Part shown: positions 62,601 to 64,000 of the stretch, piece after piece
How the letters are laid out: each line of letters begins with the position of its first letter
How positions within the stretch are numbered: position 1 is the first letter of the stretch
Origin: an uncultured Christensenellaceae bacterium
GTDB lineage: Bacteria > Bacillota > Clostridia > Christensenellales > UBA3700
Length of the DNA: 64,000 bases
Direction of reading: 5' to 3'
Assembly (NCBI GenBank): GCA_910587685.1
Contig: CAJUMY010000001.1
Location: 193,268-257,267, forward strand
Program-made: the position numbers and the translations under genes
The notes under the pieces: model-generated
The model's input: the letters and a program-made list of their open reading frames with translations, nothing else
Databases searched by the model: none
Told to the model about the DNA's origin: nothing

Positions 62601-64000
62601 GACTGACTGTCAATCCCTCGGGGAGCGACGAACCGAGAATCGTTATCTTCTTAGCCGTACCGTCGTAAACAAACGGATCGCTGTAATCCCATTTGATACT
62701 CGACACGTCGATTCTCGCCTTATTTATCTTATAATAGAGCGTATACGTCGTCTCCGGGAAGTAGTAATTACCGTTTAGAGCCGTGATGACAACGTTTACA
62801 GAGTAAGGCTTATCGTTGGAATCGGTAGCCGTTACGTTGCCCGAATAGGATACTATTCTTACGTTGAGATTAGCAAGCTGCTCTGTAGAGAGCGTTATAG
62901 AGAAGTTGAACGGCGCCGCCTTATACTCAAGCTGAAGAGCCGTTGACTCCGTAGTATGCGAACCGCCTACCGTCGTCTTGCTTCCTTCTCCGACAGAATA
63001 CTGCCATACGAGATCTCTCTCGGTAAATCTTGCAGGATCGGAGTCTATGACGAATTTGACCCTGTACGTGCCGATATTGTAGTTATCCGGCGTAGCCGCG
63101 TGCTGAGCCACTATATAATAAGTACCTTTTGCGAGGTTCGTCGGAATGACGTAACGTCTTACGCCCGACTCTTCGAGTACGGTTGTGACCGAAGTGTTAT
63201 TCGCGTTGTACATATAGACGTTGAGTCCTACCGTCTCGCCCTCGACTTGGTTAAGACCCGTAATGTCGAGATTGAAGAATACCGGCATACCCGAAGGCCA
63301 ACTGGTCTTACCGTCTTTTAGCTGGATATTCATATCCGCATTAGTCGACGAGAACGAAGTCGTTGCCGACAGATTCTTCCTGTTGATCACGAACGTGAAA
63401 CTTCTCGACGTATAAGCGTTCCAACTCGTATTGTTGGTATCTATAATGGATACGACGACTGTATAAGTTCCTACGGCCTTTGCCGAAAGCGTAAGAATAC
63501 CGTCGACCCACGATACCTGTTCCATATCGCCTACGGTAACTTCGTATTTGTCGCTGCCGAATACCACGTTCTGCAACTTGAATTCGATAGGATTGCCCGT
63601 ATAAGTTACAGACGTACTGCAACCCGATACCACCGTCGGATACGGATGGGTGAGTTTGCTTATGACTATACCGTAAGAATACGTCTGATTCTTGTAAGAA
63701 CTGCTCGTTATCCAGTTACTGTTCGCATTGTCTTTGAGCGATATCTGGATAGTGTAAGTATTAACGTACTTAGACTTGATTCTAAGCACCTTATTTTCCT
63801 CATCGTATTCGATGACCGCCTTATGATCGTCTGCCGCGCCGGCGTAAGCCGTAACGTCCTTCCACGTCATATATCTGGAATCTACGTCCTTATACTCGGC
63901 GATAACGTTGTTGCCGGAATAAGAAGCGTACTTATAGTTACCGCTTATAGATTCGCCTGTAGCAAGATTGGTCTTGAGTATCGTCGGTATCGTCAGCGTC
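53617..64000 (-). CDS. Giant repeat-rich cell-surface protein (>3,460 aa, N-terminus outside window) with MBG(YGX)-like/Ig-like modules, a C-terminal TM anchor and a polyacidic tail
   Basis: The frame is open to the window edge beyond the listed Met at 63870. Dozens of ~85-100 aa modules (Y[DNT]G..Q.F.I..WD.Y...G.L.Q...G.Y.V......W.DG..D..L.F.I.K). TM segment GLLMIVICVILVLFLAALVIFIIVMVI at about 53830-53934. 70-aa Lys-rich then D/E tail at 53620-53829. Confidence 0.85.
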   Translation of the reverse strand, partial: TLTIPTILKTNLATGESISGNYKYASYSGNNVIAEYKDVDSRYMTWKDVTAYAGAADDHKAVIEYDEENKVLRIKSKYVNTYTIQISLKDNANSNWITSSSYKNQTYSYGIVISKLTHPYPTVVSGCSTSVTYTGNPIEFKLQNVVFGSDKYEVTVGDMEQVSWVDGILTLSAKAVGTYTVVVSIIDTNNTSWNAYTSRSFTFVINRKNLSATTSFSSTNADMNIQLKDGKTSWPSGMPVFFNLDITGLNQVEGETVGLNVYMYNANNTSVTTVLEESGVRRYVIPTNLAKGTYYIVAQHAATPDNYNIGTYRVKFVIDSDPARFTERDLVWQYSVGEGSKTTVGGSHTTESTALQLEYKAAPFNFSITLSTEQLANLNVRIVSYSGNVTATDSNDKPYSVNVVITALNGNYYFPETTYTLYYKINKARIDVSSIKWDYSDPFVYDGTAKKITILGSSLPEGLTVSRYTGDLTATNATEGSGKQYTTGVEFNVANANYMRPVEGDSKTYIGSFPWSCKWDINKAEIEISWKSVMKVDENSEIFYVPVLVTGDEMVKYKYEKLDADGAWEVVEKLTKKFGEAVTYRVTPILKDGSGGGVNYAANHKLVVVDEVNSPLTLEFVVGEDQYLLVMHLVFTNGGGEEMTGEQFPYTSMPYIAEARIDQDEEGSQLEIKNSIIEYYLYDAATDSYNAKIQSPTNVGKYKVAVTISYGIAGSNKTGTGTGEFFFEIVKGNISTSNLKWAYSHDGREYIYDMEQGKWINEKDNNAEISEFVYSGNAHKIYLKSGNSNNANGSDLTVNNFLTVKNLVGNTATNAGGYEATFTFVYDDTSWNDPAITFPTSLRWNIAKAKIDLSEASWNYVNPFVFAVDDSGNAVPYSVSLSYASGEETLDYIAYFNDKWANIATIAVSGNTQSAVGTYTAEFKVTVKNNNYEVVQPEILKSSISWNIESRKMVTPDNKGTWAQFDNAAHNLLDLCGVEEDWEKYYTIKIEYAKDGNTFLPYAGYDGEQYSAYNTGTYRFVFAIKPGLNPEGSETNVIWDSATVSDRTTTITVDKLVLTVTGWTAARENSTVLSDNDDFAAIMLGYTIKDADDKIYSKEEAAALGGGVTLSVSPYLLDEFTDNVTLSYSSEDYETFSYKTIYTNIVWLDKPTLVTEEFTYDGKAHAFELADKTIWQYIEVDGGSLSDMTKTEAGDYQITLKIKAGSNASWNTADGEIDDKTTVTLNFSIKIRMIELPTVSDFEFSNEEKNVLSGLPEDFTTFVKVSGEYSATNVGEYTFSVELKNTVSCMWSDGSADKKEFTWNIEKKTIDTPDGGNWTLFDGNVHNIVTDCGMAEDWENYLSVVIEYSIDGTDFAPYPGYTEIGSDEEGNAIYDPYSAYKTGVYRLTFSILDSVNSGADNVVWASGDAEDQIVTVAVAKVSVNVVGWNDNRENSTVKLANDATLPTKFYEYQLLNETGAIVTVDDVLTAGAGKAFFVALVVKAAYADYAEISYSDSSYEKHAFVTEKIKIEKPTIKGLDTYEFDGKAKTFEIGNWDDYYSKYLVIKEGKEALTKTEAGEYKVTIEFKQNSVAMWTNGQSNSIELSFSITEKSIEMPTLTNKAYTGSEIDILADYIAKNGNDYVEVRSGEDIDSVGKATNAGTYKVIIGLKYPNSTSWLGSGTSQDLELEWSITANRLQIPAFDNSFKVFDAVGHDIMAMCKAQSDWETYYTANAEYSADGENFASYGGYGDSKYAAYNAGTYKITFAIKAEHNPDGAENILWSDGTLGNIVVTFTVSKLSVIVTGWNENKAESTVKLADGILPESVVKYVITNADGLEVDNNTVNNAGYGEKFVITLNVTDKDNVEVTYQDNKYVRYTFANKVMLIDTPVLELDSRDYDATTYTFIIRDWDLISAYLKFTDDSDSLTQLNAGEYTVKISIADPVIATWTDGSTDDAVLNFTVNPISVSGSWNTETDSSIPEFVFDNDASSYPSNFTTITYTDEEGNEVEKNSLALGKKYTATIAFETSFAVNYKFAEEVETSVEFVIPIVYTMLDKPTLTETSVVYNGSEVAFKINNWGTLKTHLEIKKGSLNQTDVGEYEITIGVKAGLYVQWKDDGTSNDVTLKFSITQAVISGEWSTEDRLVPVFAATVEGYVGELPSDLFRYEITNEETGEVVTAENATADGSYYITVAVAFVHTNNFALESGTQVVYSYRIVDGVIEEKTLEKFKKPVLDTDKLVYNGSEQTFAITNWDLTYSDYLDIVEDESDSLTQTDAGVYSVTLRFKKNMPAQWEDGGMEDVVLTFEIEKAIVNGEWTVEEGAVSPSFGAAVEGFEELGEGFLVYVTKDADGNEVTTPVQGKTYYITVSLGEEFENNFKFGDEVNTTFAYRIKDGEISEVVVKKLPYPTLVSDSIEYTGEDITFEIVDWDNYKDHLNMTGSLTQRQVGEYRVVFSFKDPTVATWDNDKTGDYTLFFSITAPAAEPTTHEIPVFENDTIVYNGNEQTFSLSDILNYIDFVEILGDELKQTDAGVYKITVHIKDVMLFTWADGSTDDVELTFKITPAAIPVNWNLTGSIPVLELVGINVENVPEDLVNYVITNVDGEVIAPESVERNVTYFMTATVNENYANNFAFAVTEGSEATAKESVLVFRLDDDGNLFQVIVEELTVPQFDIDVVEYDGAEHTFVIYDWDNMAPFVEFVEGSDAVTQSAVGEYRVEIRIVDPTLAIWADGTMENKVLTFEIKSRTSPAFKHAKFEFVNSELEYTGAEQTFEIEDWANFSRFFEIEGDAFTQKDKGAYTATLKIKDTQLFTWSDGTTDDITLTFSIIDRTAPMFTPHMPRLEDDRLEYRFGGQTFEIRNWSVYEGYVELVGDDLTQQEIGKYSVTVHIIDSELMTWSDGSSDDKVLTFEITKAVIPIKWNLDGGIPVIELPDMAGLPDNLVSYIIKNEDGDVIEPENVEKGVTYFITAKLNSAYVDYFTFAPVQSTARSLGADVALAQGPEGIVETAIAFVIGEDGTINLISIDKIVKPHLVSDKVEYDGRKHTFVIENWDVYKEYLEIVEGEEALTVSKVGTYTVTVRITNPAITKWEDETTNDIFLTFEVTKRTSPAITHDRPRLDVDKKAYTGEEITFAVHNWDVYEPYVGVSGELNVTEVGKYDVVLYIIDKDLFTWSDGTTDNITLSFEVTKSGVIVDGHHTLPMPRLETAIVNYNGLPYTIKIVNWDTDYDGFVEIVEGNAALVQTAVGSYTITLRIKDTEHVSWANDTTEDYTLTFTINKFALGGTWYMGGSVPTPDLTTGDTPISLPSDLLVRTIKDANGKVVAEADLKEGEKYTVTYAINEQYQDTYSLPYKFESTSFKLNADGTSSVVEGEEDEGLGGFGLLMIVICVILVLFLAALVIFIIVMVISRGKADKSGKKAEKEPKAEKAAKESKKEEPEDSDEESDDDDEDEDSDDEDDDEDDDEDDDDSDDEDEDDEDEE

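Overview
Chromosomal segment from a low-to-moderate GC, endospore-forming Firmicute, probably class Clostridia (inferred from gene content and synteny only; no database search was possible). About 47 kb is housekeeping sequence, almost all on the minus strand, in an order like the Bacillus subtilis 'ylo' and macromolecular-synthesis regions. In coordinate order: dapB (partial), Zn-ribbon/Nif3/trmK/sigA/dnaG (with two tandem dnaG paralogs), dgt-like HD hydrolase, clpC-mcsB-mcsA-ctsR with a textbook CtsR operator, and four small accessory enzymes (HAD, GNAT, DUF1349, NUDIX). These are followed by an AT-rich islet, a minus-strand tRNA operon (Val-Gly-Cys-Leu) embedded in two ~136-bp tandem arrays, and hisZGDBHAF-IE. 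The second block is recG, yloV, asp23, rpmB, a 24-codon spoVM missed by the ORF track, thiN, rpe, rsgA, rlmN, rsmB, fmt, def, priA, coaBC, rpoZ, gmk, yicC, an AIR-synthase-like gene, ligA and pcrA. The last ~16 kb is accessory: a decayed GH16-like gene, nine plus-strand tRNAs, a probably leaderless P-loop kinase gene, and an unknown 222-aa protein coupled to a small ECF-like sigma factor. It ends with a DUF11-repeat gene interrupted by one in-frame TAG and two compensating frameshifts, whose last segment is an extremely Cys-rich peptide, and a convergent giant (>3,460 aa, N-terminus outside the window) repeat protein with a C-terminal TM anchor and a polyacidic tail. I found no CRISPR array, integrase/transposase, rRNA or recognisable defence system. 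The most unusual items are the reciprocally degenerate dnaG pair, the tRNA-sized pseudo-tRNA arrays, and the sigma / DUF11 / Cys-rich / giant surface-protein locus. All calls rest on motif recognition by eye.
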